NCBI GenBank assembly: GCA_963728135.1
Contig: CAVSJC010000019.1
Span: forward strand, 22,477-86,476
Direction of reading: 5' to 3'
DNA from: an uncultured Nitrospiraceae bacterium
GTDB taxonomy: Bacteria > Nitrospirota > Nitrospiria > Nitrospirales > Nitrospiraceae
Length of the DNA: 64,000 nucleotides
The translations under genes and the position numbers were made by a program. This document shows positions 9,350 through 19,664 of the stretch, one piece after another. Every line of letters starts with the position of its first letter. Positions within the stretch are counted from its first letter, which is position 1. The notes under the pieces are model-generated. The model saw only the letters and a list, made by a program, of their open reading frames with translations, was not told where the DNA came from and made no database searches.

Positions 9350-10237
9350 GTGGCCAAACCGGGGTCCGCACACTCTGCAGCCGACAGTGCCCTCAACGTC
9401 CCGGCCTCGATGGCACACCGCCGCTTCGATGCCCGCCGTGTGTATACGGCGGCCCTGCTCATTCCCGCTGTCTATGCGATCATCCGCTATCTCCCCTCTT
9501 GGGGCTTCTCGCTCCTTCTGATGACGGGGGGGTCGATTGCGCTGTACGAACTGTACCGCATGAGCTTCGGCGACCGGAAGAATCTTCTTCTTGTGACGCT
9601 CGGACTCACGACCACTGCCGTCGTCATCGGCCGAACACATCTGAACCTGCCATTGGCTGATCTCTTGACTGCCGCCACGCTCGCGATTGTCATGGCCACG
9701 TTGTTTCTCCCTGCTCCCATCGATTTTCGGTTCAAAGATGCAGCCGTCACACTGTTCGGCGTGCTGTATATCGGAATGACGCTCGGCTCGTTGGTCTCGA
9801 CACGGGCCCTGCCTTCCGGTGAATGGCTGGTGCTGTTCCTTGCCGTGGTGACCTGGGCCGGAGACATCGGGGCCTACTACACCGGAAGCTTGTGGGGCCG
9901 GCATTTGCTTGCCCCGACGGTGAGTCCGAAGAAATCAGTCGAAGGTTTGGCCGGAGGCATTGCGCTTGCCGTGGCCGCTGCCCTGCTCGCCCGGACATGG
10001 ATTCTCCCGGAGTTTTCTCTCCTGGATGCGCTCGCCATCGGCATTCTGTTGACCGGAGCCGGATTAGCCGGCGACCTCTGTGAATCGGCTATCAAACGCA
10101 GTGTCGGAGTCAAAGATTCCGGAGGCATCCTTCCCGGTCATGGCGGCATGCTTGACCGATTGGATAGTCTCTTGTTCACCGCGCCTGCATTCTACTACTA
10201 TGTGGTGTTGGTGCGCGCCGTGACGCCGATCCAGTAG
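9350..10237 (+). CDS. cdsA: Phosphatidate cytidylyltransferase (start may be 9410)
   Basis: SPKKSVEG and GDLCESAIKRSVGVKDSGGILPGHGGMLDRLDSLLF. Confidence 0.95.
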   Translation: MAKPGSAHSAADSALNVPASMAHRRFDARRVYTAALLIPAVYAIIRYLPSWGFSLLLMTGGSIALYELYRMSFGDRKNLLLVTLGLTTTAVVIGRTHLNLPLADLLTAATLAIVMATLFLPAPIDFRFKDAAVTLFGVLYIGMTLGSLVSTRALPSGEWLVLFLAVVTWAGDIGAYYTGSLWGRHLLAPTVSPKKSVEGLAGGIALAVAAALLARTWILPEFSLLDALAIGILLTGAGLAGDLCESAIKRSVGVKDSGGILPGHGGMLDRLDSLLFTAPAFYYYVVLVRAVTPIQ

Positions 10238-10248
10238 AGGAGAGGATC

Positions 10249-11409
10249 ATGAAGACCATCATCATTTTGGGCTCGACCGGTTCCATCGGCACCAACACCT
10301 TGGACATTGTGCAGCGCTTCCCCGATGAATTCCAGGTGGTGGGACTGACGGCCGGGGGAAACATTGAAAAACTTGAAGAGCAGATTCGCGCATTCAAGCC
10401 CACGGCGGTCGCTGTCTCCACGGAATCCTCCGCGGCACTGCTGAGACAACGTTGCGCCGACCTCACGGTTGACGTGCTGCACGGAGAAGCGGGGATCGCA
10501 CAAGTTGCCGCCATGCCGGGAGCCGAACTGGTCATTTCGGCCATTGTCGGCGGGGCAGGATTAGTCCCGACTCTGGCGGCCATTCGCAGCGGCAAGCATA
10601 TCGCGCTGGCCAATAAAGAACCGATGGTGATGGCCGGGAAGCTCATGCAGGAAGAGGCGCGCAAACATCATGTGCGCATTTTTCCTGTCGATAGTGAGCA
10701 CAGCGCCATCTTTCAATCCCTGGAGGGACATCGCCTGAAAGACGTGCGCCGGCTCATCCTCACGGCGTCCGGCGGTGCGCTCTGGACCTTGGCCAAAGAC
10801 CAGTTGCAGGACGTGACGCCTGAACGTGCGCTCCAGCATCCCAACTGGAAAATGGGGTCTAAGATTACCATTGATTCGGCCACCCTCATGAACAAAGGTC
10901 TGGAAGTCGTGGAAGCCCGTTGGCTCTTTGATATTCCGGAATCACGGATAGACGTGCTCATCCATCGCGAAAGCATCATTCACTCTCTGGTAGAGTATGA
11001 AGATCGTTCCATGATTGCGCAGCTAGGATTGCCCGATATGCGCACGCCCATTTCCTATGCGATGCGCTATCCCGAACGGATGCCCTTGGATCTTCCCTCG
11101 TTGGATCTCACGGAAGTCGGCACACTCACATTCTGCCAGCCGGATCATGACCGGTTCCCCTGCCTCCGACTCGGTTATGAATCACTCCGGATCGGCGGCA
11201 GCATGCCGGCGGCCATGAATGCGGCCAATGAAATCGCCGTCGAGGCCTTCTTGAACGGAGGCATTCGGTTCATGGATATCGCACAGGTCATCCGCAACAC
11301 GATGGACGCGCATTCCCCGCACGACGTGGAGTGCCTGGATGACGCGTTGGACGTCGACCGCTGGGCCCGTGAAAAAGCCGAATCGCTTGTCCATGCCCTT
11401 CCGCATTGA
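10249..11409 (+). CDS. dxr: 1-deoxy-D-xylulose-5-phosphate reductoisomerase
   Basis: LGSTGSIG, LANKE, PVDSEHSAIFQ, HPNWKMGSKITIDSATLMNKGLE. Confidence 0.97.
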   Translation: MKTIIILGSTGSIGTNTLDIVQRFPDEFQVVGLTAGGNIEKLEEQIRAFKPTAVAVSTESSAALLRQRCADLTVDVLHGEAGIAQVAAMPGAELVISAIVGGAGLVPTLAAIRSGKHIALANKEPMVMAGKLMQEEARKHHVRIFPVDSEHSAIFQSLEGHRLKDVRRLILTASGGALWTLAKDQLQDVTPERALQHPNWKMGSKITIDSATLMNKGLEVVEARWLFDIPESRIDVLIHRESIIHSLVEYEDRSMIAQLGLPDMRTPISYAMRYPERMPLDLPSLDLTEVGTLTFCQPDHDRFPCLRLGYESLRIGGSMPAAMNAANEIAVEAFLNGGIRFMDIAQVIRNTMDAHSPHDVECLDDALDVDRWAREKAESLVHALPH

Positions 11410-11479
11410 CGTCTCATTTTGAATTCGGCCCGATGAATGGTAAGTTGATCCGTCACAGCCAACCCTTAACCGTTCAGGA

Positions 11480-12883
11480 TTGAGCACGATCATGATATCC
11501 GCTTTTACCTGGTCCCCCGACACCATGTGGGTCTTGATGCAGAAGGCCTGGTGGTTTTTAGTCGTCCTGGGCGTCCTTGTCGCCTTTCATGAACTCGGCC
11601 ATTTCCTCGCCGCCCGCTGGGTCGGCGTGAAAGTGCTGAAATTCTCGCTCGGCTTCGGTCCGAAGTTGCTCGGTCGCCAGGTGGGAGAAACGGAATACCT
11701 CCTTTCTGCCATTCCTCTCGGGGGCTACGTCAAACTGTTCGGCGAAGATGAAACTGAGGCCACGACGAGCGAGGATCGGCGACGATCGTTCGCCCACCAG
11801 CGTCTATGGGGCAAAGTCCTGATTGTGGCCGCAGGTCCCGGGTTCAACTTCATCCTGGCCTATTTGATTTTCGCCGGATGGCTGTCGACGGGAGCGCCGC
11901 TCTTCGTCCCCACCTTCCGTGACCTCAGCGCGGATGTCGAAGCCCTCATTCCCACTTCACCCGCCGCCACGGCCGGCATGGAAATCGGTGACCGGATCGT
12001 CAAGGTCAACGGCAAAGACATCTCGACAAAGACAGAACTGCTGGACGTGGTCGCGAAAAGCAAAGGCGAGCCCATTGTCGTCGAAATCCGGCGTGGAAGT
12101 ATGAGTAAGGCGCTCACGGTCACACCGACGACTGACGCGAGAGAGCTTTCCTCAGGCGAAGAACCGGTTTATACCATCGGCGTCGAAGAAACCCCTCCCC
12201 TCGTGACATCCGTGATGCATGGGTCCCCGGCTTCAACGGCCGGCTTCCAGGCCGGCGATCGGGTTGTCGGGATTGCCGGTCAGCCGATTTACACGTGGTC
12301 GCAAATGACCACCCACGTCAAAGAACATCCACAAAAACCGCTTCAGGTCGACGTGTTGCGCAATGGACAACGGCTCGCACTCACCGTGACGCCTTCCGCT
12401 GAGAAAGTGACCGTGAACGGCCAAACCGTCGAGGTGGGGAAGATCGGCATTTCCGGTCCCGGGCGCTCGCTCATGCGATCGGACAACCCCTTGGAGGCGA
12501 TCTATCACGGCCTCGAAGCCACATGGGGATGGACGGAGTTGACGACCATCGGCCTCTATAAAATGATCGTGGGCGATATCTCGAGCAAAAACATCGGCGG
12601 ACCCTTGACCATCGCGAACATCTCCGGCGAAGCGGCGTCACAAGGCGCGTCGAGTGTGGTCTTCCTGATCGCCATTTTGAGCATCAACCTCGGTGTGCTG
12701 AATTTGCTGCCCATTCCCATCCTTGACGGGGGACACTTGCTCTTTTTCCTGATCGAGGGCATTCTTCGGAAACCGCTCGGCGAACGGCAGCGCGAGTTGG
12801 CCCAGCAAGCGGGACTGGTGCTGCTGGTCGGCGTAATGATCTTTGCTTTCTGGAATGACCTGGAACGCATTTTTTCTCATTAA
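11480..12883 (+). CDS. rseP: RIP metalloprotease RseP with two PDZ domains
   Basis: HELGH, PLGGYVK, NLLPIPILDGGH; canonical position after dxr. Confidence 0.95.
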   Translation: MSTIMISAFTWSPDTMWVLMQKAWWFLVVLGVLVAFHELGHFLAARWVGVKVLKFSLGFGPKLLGRQVGETEYLLSAIPLGGYVKLFGEDETEATTSEDRRRSFAHQRLWGKVLIVAAGPGFNFILAYLIFAGWLSTGAPLFVPTFRDLSADVEALIPTSPAATAGMEIGDRIVKVNGKDISTKTELLDVVAKSKGEPIVVEIRRGSMSKALTVTPTTDARELSSGEEPVYTIGVEETPPLVTSVMHGSPASTAGFQAGDRVVGIAGQPIYTWSQMTTHVKEHPQKPLQVDVLRNGQRLALTVTPSAEKVTVNGQTVEVGKIGISGPGRSLMRSDNPLEAIYHGLEATWGWTELTTIGLYKMIVGDISSKNIGGPLTIANISGEAASQGASSVVFLIAILSINLGVLNLLPIPILDGGHLLFFLIEGILRKPLGERQRELAQQAGLVLLVGVMIFAFWNDLERIFSH

Positions 12884-12949
12884 CGCGATTCGGCTGCCGT
12901 AATCAGACTCTCATAGATCCGCAGTACGAGCACAGACCCGCAAGACACC

Positions 12950-14656
12950 ATGCGAACCTCCCAGTTGCTTATCCCCACGTTACGGGAAGATCCCGGCGAG
13001 GCTGAAACCGTCAGTCACCGGCTCATGCTTCGCGCCGGGCTCATTCGCAAAGTGGCCGCCGGCATTTACACGTATCTGCCCTTGGGATTGCGGGTCATTC
13101 GCAAAGTCGAGCAGATTGTCCGAGAAGAGATGAACCGGGCCGGTGCCCAGGAACTTTTGATGCCCATCGCGTCTCCGGCGGAATTGTGGAAAGAGACGGG
13201 CCGCTGGGATTATTACGGCAAGGAACTCCTGCGCTTCAAGGACCGTCATGAGCGGGACTTCTGTCTGGGGCCGACACATGAAGAGGTCATCACCGATTTA
13301 TTCCGTCGGGAAGTCCGCTCGTATCGGCAGCTGCCCCTGAACTTCTACCAGATCCAAACGAAATTCCGGGACGAGATCCGTCCCCGGTTCGGCCTCATGC
13401 GCGGACGCGAATTCATCATGAAAGACGCCTATAGTTTCGACGTCGACGAAACCGGCGCCAAACTGAGCTATCAGAAGATGTACGATGCCTACAGCCGCAT
13501 CTTCACGAGATGCGGACTGACCTTTCGGGCGGTCGAGGCCGACACCGGTTTAATCGGCGGTGACGTGTCCCACGAATTCATGGTTCTGGCGGACACTGGC
13601 GAGGCAACGGTGGTCTACAGCGCGCAGGGATCATACGCCGCCAACATTGAGCGGGCAGAGCTGCTCCCTCCGTCAGACGTCGACAGCAGCCCCCTTCGTC
13701 CGCTGCAAACCCTGACGACGCCGCAGCGCCGCACAGTTGAGGAGGTGACGGCCTTCCTCAAGATTCCGCCGAGACAATTGGTCAAGACGCTCCTGTACAA
13801 GGCCGGGCAAGAGATTGTCGCCGTGCTCATTCGTGGAGATCATGAGGTTAATGAAATTAAACTGGCTCGGCTGCTCCAGGTGACGGAGGTGGAGTTGGCC
13901 GCGCCAGAAACGGTGAAAACGATCACGGGAGCTCCGATGGGCTTCGCCGGTCCTGTCGGTCTGAAAGGGATACGCATCTTAGCCGATCACGCCATTGAGG
14001 CGATGAGAAATGTCGTAATTGGAGCAAATCAGGCCGATACACATTATGCGGACGCGAATCGGGACCGCGACTTCAAGGTGGATCAGTTTGCGGACCTCCG
14101 GAATGCGCAAACCGGCGATCCCTCTCCTCGAGGGAACGGAACCCTCACGCTTGCGAAAGGCATTGAAGTCGGCCAGGTATTTCTGCTCGGGACCAAGTAC
14201 AGCAAAAGCATGAATGCGACGATTCTCGACGACAAAGGCCAGGAGCGTCTCGCCATCATGGGCTGTTACGGCATCGGTGTGGGGCGCACCGCGGCGTCCG
14301 CTATTGAGCAAAATCACGACGAGCGCGGCATCATCTGGCCCTACCCCATCGCGCCATTTCATGTGCACCTCATTCCGGTGAGCCAATCCGACAACGCCGG
14401 CCAGGCCACTGCGGCCCTCTACGAGACACTCCTGACTGCCGGCTTTGAGGTGCTCTGGGACGATCGTGAAGAACGGGCCGGCGTTAAATTCAATGACGCC
14501 GATTTGATCGGGGCGCCATTTCAAGTGATCGTCGGAGACAAAGGACTCGCCGATGGGGTCGTCGAAGTGAAAGTCCGGAAAACCGGTGCAAAATCGCGAG
14601 TGGCGCCTTCAGTCATCGTCGCCCATCTACAGACGCTCCAATCCGTACCTGCATAA
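12950..14656 (+). CDS. proS: Proline--tRNA ligase
   Basis: LGPTHEE, QIQTKFRDEIRPRFGLMRGREF, MGCYGIGVGR, with editing-domain insert. Confidence 0.97.
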   Translation: MRTSQLLIPTLREDPGEAETVSHRLMLRAGLIRKVAAGIYTYLPLGLRVIRKVEQIVREEMNRAGAQELLMPIASPAELWKETGRWDYYGKELLRFKDRHERDFCLGPTHEEVITDLFRREVRSYRQLPLNFYQIQTKFRDEIRPRFGLMRGREFIMKDAYSFDVDETGAKLSYQKMYDAYSRIFTRCGLTFRAVEADTGLIGGDVSHEFMVLADTGEATVVYSAQGSYAANIERAELLPPSDVDSSPLRPLQTLTTPQRRTVEEVTAFLKIPPRQLVKTLLYKAGQEIVAVLIRGDHEVNEIKLARLLQVTEVELAAPETVKTITGAPMGFAGPVGLKGIRILADHAIEAMRNVVIGANQADTHYADANRDRDFKVDQFADLRNAQTGDPSPRGNGTLTLAKGIEVGQVFLLGTKYSKSMNATILDDKGQERLAIMGCYGIGVGRTAASAIEQNHDERGIIWPYPIAPFHVHLIPVSQSDNAGQATAALYETLLTAGFEVLWDDREERAGVKFNDADLIGAPFQVIVGDKGLADGVVEVKVRKTGAKSRVAPSVIVAHLQTLQSVPA

Positions 14657-14836
14657 CCATCTCTGCCGCGCGCTGAGCCACTCAGTTCGTCCGTGCCGGA
14701 TCAAATAAAGTTGCCTTTTCCTTGCCTTCCCGAGCTATTGGGCTAGACTGACATTCGGTTCTCGAATGTCAGACGACGGCCGAGTCTCATCACCACCCAG
14801 ACAATGATTCGCGTGAGTCCAAGAGGAAGGACCTGA

Positions 14837-17152
14837 ATGCAAGCCAAGCCCGTCCCTCAGAACCTTCAGGACCCTCAACTCAAGGTGGAGTACGCCGAAC
14901 ACGTCAAGCGGATTACCACCCAGATTCACGCCGCCACTGACCTCGATCAAATCCTTCTCGACCTTCACAAGGACATTCTCGGCCTCTTCGACGCGGAAGA
15001 CCTGACGCTATTCGCGTTCGACTCGGAGAAGAAAGAGATTTTTTCAAAAGTCCCCCACGTTGATACCGTCGAGGAAGTGCGCATCCCCATCACGGAACAA
15101 AGCCTGGCCGGTTTCTGCGCCAAATACTTGAGGCCCGTCAATATTGCGGACGCCTATAATATGGCGGAACTGCAAGTCATTCATCCCTCGCTCTTGCATG
15201 ACACCTCCTACGACAAGCGCACGGGCTTCAAGACAAAGCAGGTCCTGACGTATCCCATCGTCGCGGACAACAAGTATCTGATGGGTGTGCTGCAGCTGTT
15301 GAACAAGAAAAGCGGGAGCCGCTTCACCAGAAAAGACGAAGAGTGCGTGGCGGAAATCGCGAAGGCGCTGGGACTCGCCTTCTTCAACCTTCGAAAGACA
15401 TCCAAGAAGAATCCCACCAAGTTTGACCTCTTGGTCAGCAACAACCGGATTTCTCAACAGGACCTCGACAACGCCCTCGCCGAGTCCCGCAAAGGCACCA
15501 GCGATCTCGAAAGCATCCTGATAGAAAAATACAAAGTGCCGAAGATTGAGATCGGCAAGTCGCTCGCGCAATTCTTCAAATGCCCCTACATCGAATACAG
15601 CGAGCGCACGCTCGTCGATGTGGAGCTGCTGAAGAACCTGAATGTCGATTACTTGAAAAAGAATCACTGGATGCCGCTCAAGCGGGACCGGACGGCTATC
15701 GAGATTTTAACCGATGACCCCGGCGATCTGGATCGCGTCCAGGACATCAAACGCACCTTCCCCGGATTGAATATCCGGTTTGCCGTCAGCCTTCGTCGAG
15801 ATATCGCCCAGTTCCTGGGCTCCGCGACCGGCCAGAGCGATACCTCGGGCCGGAAGCTGGACGAGAATGTGTCCGACATTCTGGGAGAACTCGTCACGGA
15901 AGCCCAGGCCGAAGCCATGGAGGAAGGCGGAGGCAGCGGACTCGACGAAAATGACAGCGCCATCGTCCGTCTGGCCAATCAGATTATCGCCGATGCCTAT
16001 CGGCAAAACGCCTCGGATATCCATATTGAACCGTATGGGGAAAAACGAGAAACCCTCGTTCGCTTCAGGGTCGACGGCGACTGTTTTGAGTATATGAAAA
16101 TCCCGCAGAGCTATCGCCGGGCGATCGTCTCACGGTTGAAAATCATGGCCAGCTTGGACATCGCCGAACGGCGGAAACCACAAGACGGCAAGATCAAGTT
16201 CAAATTGACAGAAAACAAAGAGATCGAGCTCCGCGTTGCGACGATTCCCACCTCCGGCTACAACGAAGACGTCGTGATGCGTATCCTGGCGGCCAGCGAA
16301 CCTTTGCCCCTGGATAAGATGGGATTCTCAGACCGGAACTTGAAAGCTCTGAAGGAAATTTCCGAAAAGCCCTACGGCATCATCCTCTGCGTAGGGCCGA
16401 CAGGATCGGGGAAAACAACGACGCTCCACTCCGTCCTGGGCAATATCAACACGCCCGACATCAAAATCTGGACAGCGGAGGATCCCGTCGAAATTACGCA
16501 ATACGGCCTGCGTCAAGTTCAGGTGCAGCCCAAGATCAACTTTACCTTTGCCGCCGCCATGCGCGCCTTCCTCCGCGCCGATCCGGACGTGATCATGGTC
16601 GGCGAAATGCGCGACAAAGAAACCGCGGATACCGGCATCGAAGCCTCCCTCACGGGCCACCTGGTTTTGAGCACCTTGCACACCAACAGCGCCGTGGAAA
16701 CGGTGACCCGCCTGTTGGACATGGGCTGCGATCCGTTCAGCTTCGCCGATGCCATGCTCGGGGTGCTTGCGCAACGCCTGGCTCGCCGCGTGTGCAAAGA
16801 TTGCAAAGAGCAATACGTCGGAACTCCTGAAGAATACGAAGAAATGCGCAAGGGGTACGGAGCGGTTTACTGGGATCAACTCGCCATCAAGCAGGACAGT
16901 ACGTTCCGCCTCGCCCGCGGGAAGGGGTGCGAGGTATGCAACCGTACCGGTTTCAAGGGGCGGGTGGCGTTGCACGAACTCCTCCTTGGATCGCCTGACA
17001 TCAAACGCATGATTCAGCAAAAAGCCAGGACTGAAGACATGCTGAATACCGCGCTTGGAGAAGGCATGACAACCCTGATGCAGGACGGCATATGCAAAGT
17101 TCTCCAAGGTCTCACCACCTTCAAAGAAGTAAAGGCCGTTGCGATCAAGTAG
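14837..17152 (+). CDS. GAF-domain PilB/GspE family ATPase
   Basis: N-terminal GAF (DKRTGFKTKQVLTYPI...GVLQLLNKK); ASDIHIEP, GPTGSGKTTT, AEDPVE, LRADPDVIMVGEMRD, GHLVLSTLHTN; CxxC pairs. Confidence 0.9.
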   Translation: MQAKPVPQNLQDPQLKVEYAEHVKRITTQIHAATDLDQILLDLHKDILGLFDAEDLTLFAFDSEKKEIFSKVPHVDTVEEVRIPITEQSLAGFCAKYLRPVNIADAYNMAELQVIHPSLLHDTSYDKRTGFKTKQVLTYPIVADNKYLMGVLQLLNKKSGSRFTRKDEECVAEIAKALGLAFFNLRKTSKKNPTKFDLLVSNNRISQQDLDNALAESRKGTSDLESILIEKYKVPKIEIGKSLAQFFKCPYIEYSERTLVDVELLKNLNVDYLKKNHWMPLKRDRTAIEILTDDPGDLDRVQDIKRTFPGLNIRFAVSLRRDIAQFLGSATGQSDTSGRKLDENVSDILGELVTEAQAEAMEEGGGSGLDENDSAIVRLANQIIADAYRQNASDIHIEPYGEKRETLVRFRVDGDCFEYMKIPQSYRRAIVSRLKIMASLDIAERRKPQDGKIKFKLTENKEIELRVATIPTSGYNEDVVMRILAASEPLPLDKMGFSDRNLKALKEISEKPYGIILCVGPTGSGKTTTLHSVLGNINTPDIKIWTAEDPVEITQYGLRQVQVQPKINFTFAAAMRAFLRADPDVIMVGEMRDKETADTGIEASLTGHLVLSTLHTNSAVETVTRLLDMGCDPFSFADAMLGVLAQRLARRVCKDCKEQYVGTPEEYEEMRKGYGAVYWDQLAIKQDSTFRLARGKGCEVCNRTGFKGRVALHELLLGSPDIKRMIQQKARTEDMLNTALGEGMTTLMQDGICKVLQGLTTFKEVKAVAIK

Positions 17153-17170
17153 TCGAGTCTCCTTCATGCC

Positions 17171-17202
17171 GGGGCCCGCTGAGTCAGATCGCAGCGGGCC
17201 CC
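17171..17202 (+). terminator. GC-rich hairpin after the PilB gene
   Basis: GGGGCCCGCTG-10 nt-CAGCGGGCCCC perfect 11-bp stem; weak U tail. Confidence 0.55.
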
Positions 17203-17644
17203 GCTGTTTGTCATAACCTCAACCGACTGTGCCTCTACACTCCGTCGTTCACCTTCACCTTCCTCCCGCCTTTTGTACGATTCCACCGCCTTCCATAGGC
17301 CAGACCAGGAAAAGCTTTCTATGTGATTCCTGCGGCCGCACCGGGCGCAGGATCGTTGACATTAGGCATGACAAAGATCACAAGCAGATCCTCAGAAAAA
17401 AGACGGATGCCTACCAGCGAGATGGAGAAGCAGCCATACGAGATTTATACATGATTTGGCGAGAGACCCAGATGCAGCGGCGGCGAGGCCGCCTGCCCTA
17501 CCAGGAAACGAGAGACTGCCTCACAAAAGTGTCACGTTTTGCAAGTAGTTCGTCTTATCGGCAGACAATAAGGCAGCTGCGCTTTTTATGTCGATCTGTT
17601 CGTCGTGAGGTTGGAAAGAAGCGAGGTATGGCCTCTCGGGACAA

Positions 17645-18025
17645 TCAGCATCTCACCATGGAAATAATCGCCATATACTTGCTGACCCGGCTGCGCGCCG
17701 CTTCCGAGAGTTTTCTGAACGCAAGGCCGTAAACTTGATCTTTGGTCCAGCGAACCGCCGCCACCGCAATTTCTGCCGGAGCGACCTGCTTCGGCAATCG
17801 CAGCCTCAGCGATACCAGGTCACCCGGTTTAATGGACGCCTCGGTGCTCATGCGCACACCTCTCAATGAGAGATCATACACGACCCCGATATTTTCGCTG
17901 GGTTTCCGGAACCAGCCGGCCGGCTCAAGACGAACGACGGAACAGGTGAAGGGTGTTGGAACCCGGATGCGCGGGTAGCGCCGGAACTTGTTAAGGACTG
18001 CCCCACGTTGATGCGCGGTCTGCAT
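17645..18025 (-). CDS. PilZ-domain protein
   Basis: RRYPR (RxxxR) and DLSLRG (DxSxxG) motifs; probable start MQTAHQ at 18025. Confidence 0.85.
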   Translation of the reverse strand: MQTAHQRGAVLNKFRRYPRIRVPTPFTCSVVRLEPAGWFRKPSENIGVVYDLSLRGVRMSTEASIKPGDLVSLRLRLPKQVAPAEIAVAAVRWTKDQVYGLAFRKLSEAARSRVSKYMAIISMVRC

Positions 18026-18031
18026 GCGTAC

Positions 18032-18065
18032 CAGCCTCGTGAGGTGACTGTACCTCACGAGGCTG
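18032..18065. terminator. Perfect 14-bp inverted repeat between the helicase stop and the PilZ start
   Basis: CAGCCTCGTGAGGT-gactgt-ACCTCACGAGGCTG. Confidence 0.6.
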
Positions 18066-18092
18066 ATTTCGCGAATTCATTTCAGGTTTTGA

Positions 18093-19358
18093 TCACGGCT
18101 GCTGAGGCGACGCAGCGCGCGAGACGGCTGGACTCATCCGCCGGCGGTCGCGGTATCCGGCTGGCCGGCCGTAAGCCTGACGCTCCGGACGATGGGAAAC
18201 ATTCGCACGGGGACGCGCATCGAAGGCGGGCCGGGCGCTGCCGGATGCAAGCGGCACCGCATGACCCAACAACCGCTCAATATCCCGGAGCTGTTGATGG
18301 TCTTCGCCCGTGACAAAGCTGGTCGCCCGTCCGGTCGTCTTCATCCGAGCCGTTCGTCCAATCCTATGGACATAATCCTCAGGACAGTTCGGCAAATCGA
18401 AGTTCACCACATGGCCGATGTTGGCGACGTCGATACCCCTGGCGGCGATATCCGTCGCCACGAGGACTCGGAACGTCCCCCGCTTGAATCCTTCGAGCGC
18501 GGCTCGCCGCTGCGACAAGCTTCGATCACCGTGCAGCACAGCCACTTTGTGGCCGACACTGCCGATCATGCGCCCGAGGCGGTCAGCCCGATGCTTGGTC
18601 CTGGTAAACACCAGCACCGTGTCTTTTTCCTCTCCCAGGAGCGAAAGAAGCAGATCACCTTTTGCGTCGTGGGACGTATGGTGGACGGCTTGCGTCACGC
18701 CATCGGCCGTCGTCGCGGAGGGCGTAACCATGACCCGCACAGGGTTGTTAACGCTGGCTTGCACCAGCCGGCTTAAATCAGCCGGAATCGTGGCGGAGAA
18801 TAACAACGTCTGCCGATCTTCGGGCAGCGCATCGAGGATTTGATTAATCTGCGGTGCGAAGCCCATATCCAGCATGCGATCCGCTTCGTCCAACACCAGC
18901 ATTTTGATGGCCGTCAGTGAAATCGTTCCGTTCCACATGTGATCGAGAAGACGGCCCGGCGTCGCGACGAGGATCTCCGGCCGTTGCCGCAAGCCGCGCA
19001 ATTGGGCTTGCATATCGGCGCCGCCGACGATGACGGTCGCCGACACACGACGGGATCGCCCGAGTTTATCAATCGTGGTTAAAATTTGCAGTGCAAGTTC
19101 CCGTGTCGGAGCTAAAATCAGCGCTTGCGGCTGCCCTTTGGGGAGTGCGGCAAGCCGCTCGATCATGGGAATGACAAAGGCTGCGGTTTTTCCTGTCCCG
19201 GTTTGCGCACAACCGATGACGTCTCGACCTGCGAGCGCCGGCGGAATAGCTTGTTCCTGGATGGGGGTTGGAGAAGTAAACCCTGACTGTGCGAGATCCT
19301 GCAACAGGGCTGCAGACAGACCCAGGGCGTGAAAATTGGTGTGAACAGACGTATCCAC
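18093..19358 (-). CDS. rhlE: DEAD-box RNA helicase (RhlE-like)
   Basis: Q motif PTPIQ, AQTGTGKT, PTRELA, DEAD, SAT, ARGID, HRIGRTAR, basic tail. Confidence 0.9.
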   Translation of the reverse strand: MDTSVHTNFHALGLSAALLQDLAQSGFTSPTPIQEQAIPPALAGRDVIGCAQTGTGKTAAFVIPMIERLAALPKGQPQALILAPTRELALQILTTIDKLGRSRRVSATVIVGGADMQAQLRGLRQRPEILVATPGRLLDHMWNGTISLTAIKMLVLDEADRMLDMGFAPQINQILDALPEDRQTLLFSATIPADLSRLVQASVNNPVRVMVTPSATTADGVTQAVHHTSHDAKGDLLLSLLGEEKDTVLVFTRTKHRADRLGRMIGSVGHKVAVLHGDRSLSQRRAALEGFKRGTFRVLVATDIAARGIDVANIGHVVNFDLPNCPEDYVHRIGRTARMKTTGRATSFVTGEDHQQLRDIERLLGHAVPLASGSARPAFDARPRANVSHRPERQAYGRPAGYRDRRRMSPAVSRAASPQQP

Positions 19359-19526
19359 TACACTATCCTTTCAGTTTGATCGCATTATGACGGGATCAGA
19401 GAACCGAGGGGAGAAACAACCGGGGTGGGTGCCACTCCAAACTGGACCTGGTCGCGATGCGATCGCGAAGTCCGTTATGGTTTGAACATTCCCGCCGCCG
19501 GACTACTACGATGGAAATGTAGGCAC

Positions 19527-19555
19527 ACCATACAGCATGCCCTTCCTCCCGTCAA
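19527..19555 (-). promoter_or_regulatory. Sigma70-type promoter of the helicase, implying a ~160-nt 5' leader
   Basis: Minus strand TTGACG-17 nt-TATGGT. Confidence 0.6.
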
Positions 19556-19664
19556 CCCATTCTTTGTCGTCGCAGTGTATCCGTGCAATTGCCGCACTGT
19601 TAGCCATCTCCTAACAAGTATGTTATCGTAGCGTTTACAAACGTGTTTCGAGGAGAAAATCAGA

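Noticed and set aside
17229-17732. 167-aa plus-strand ORF
   Set aside because: No motif or RBS, and it overlaps PilZ on the opposite strand; probably spurious.
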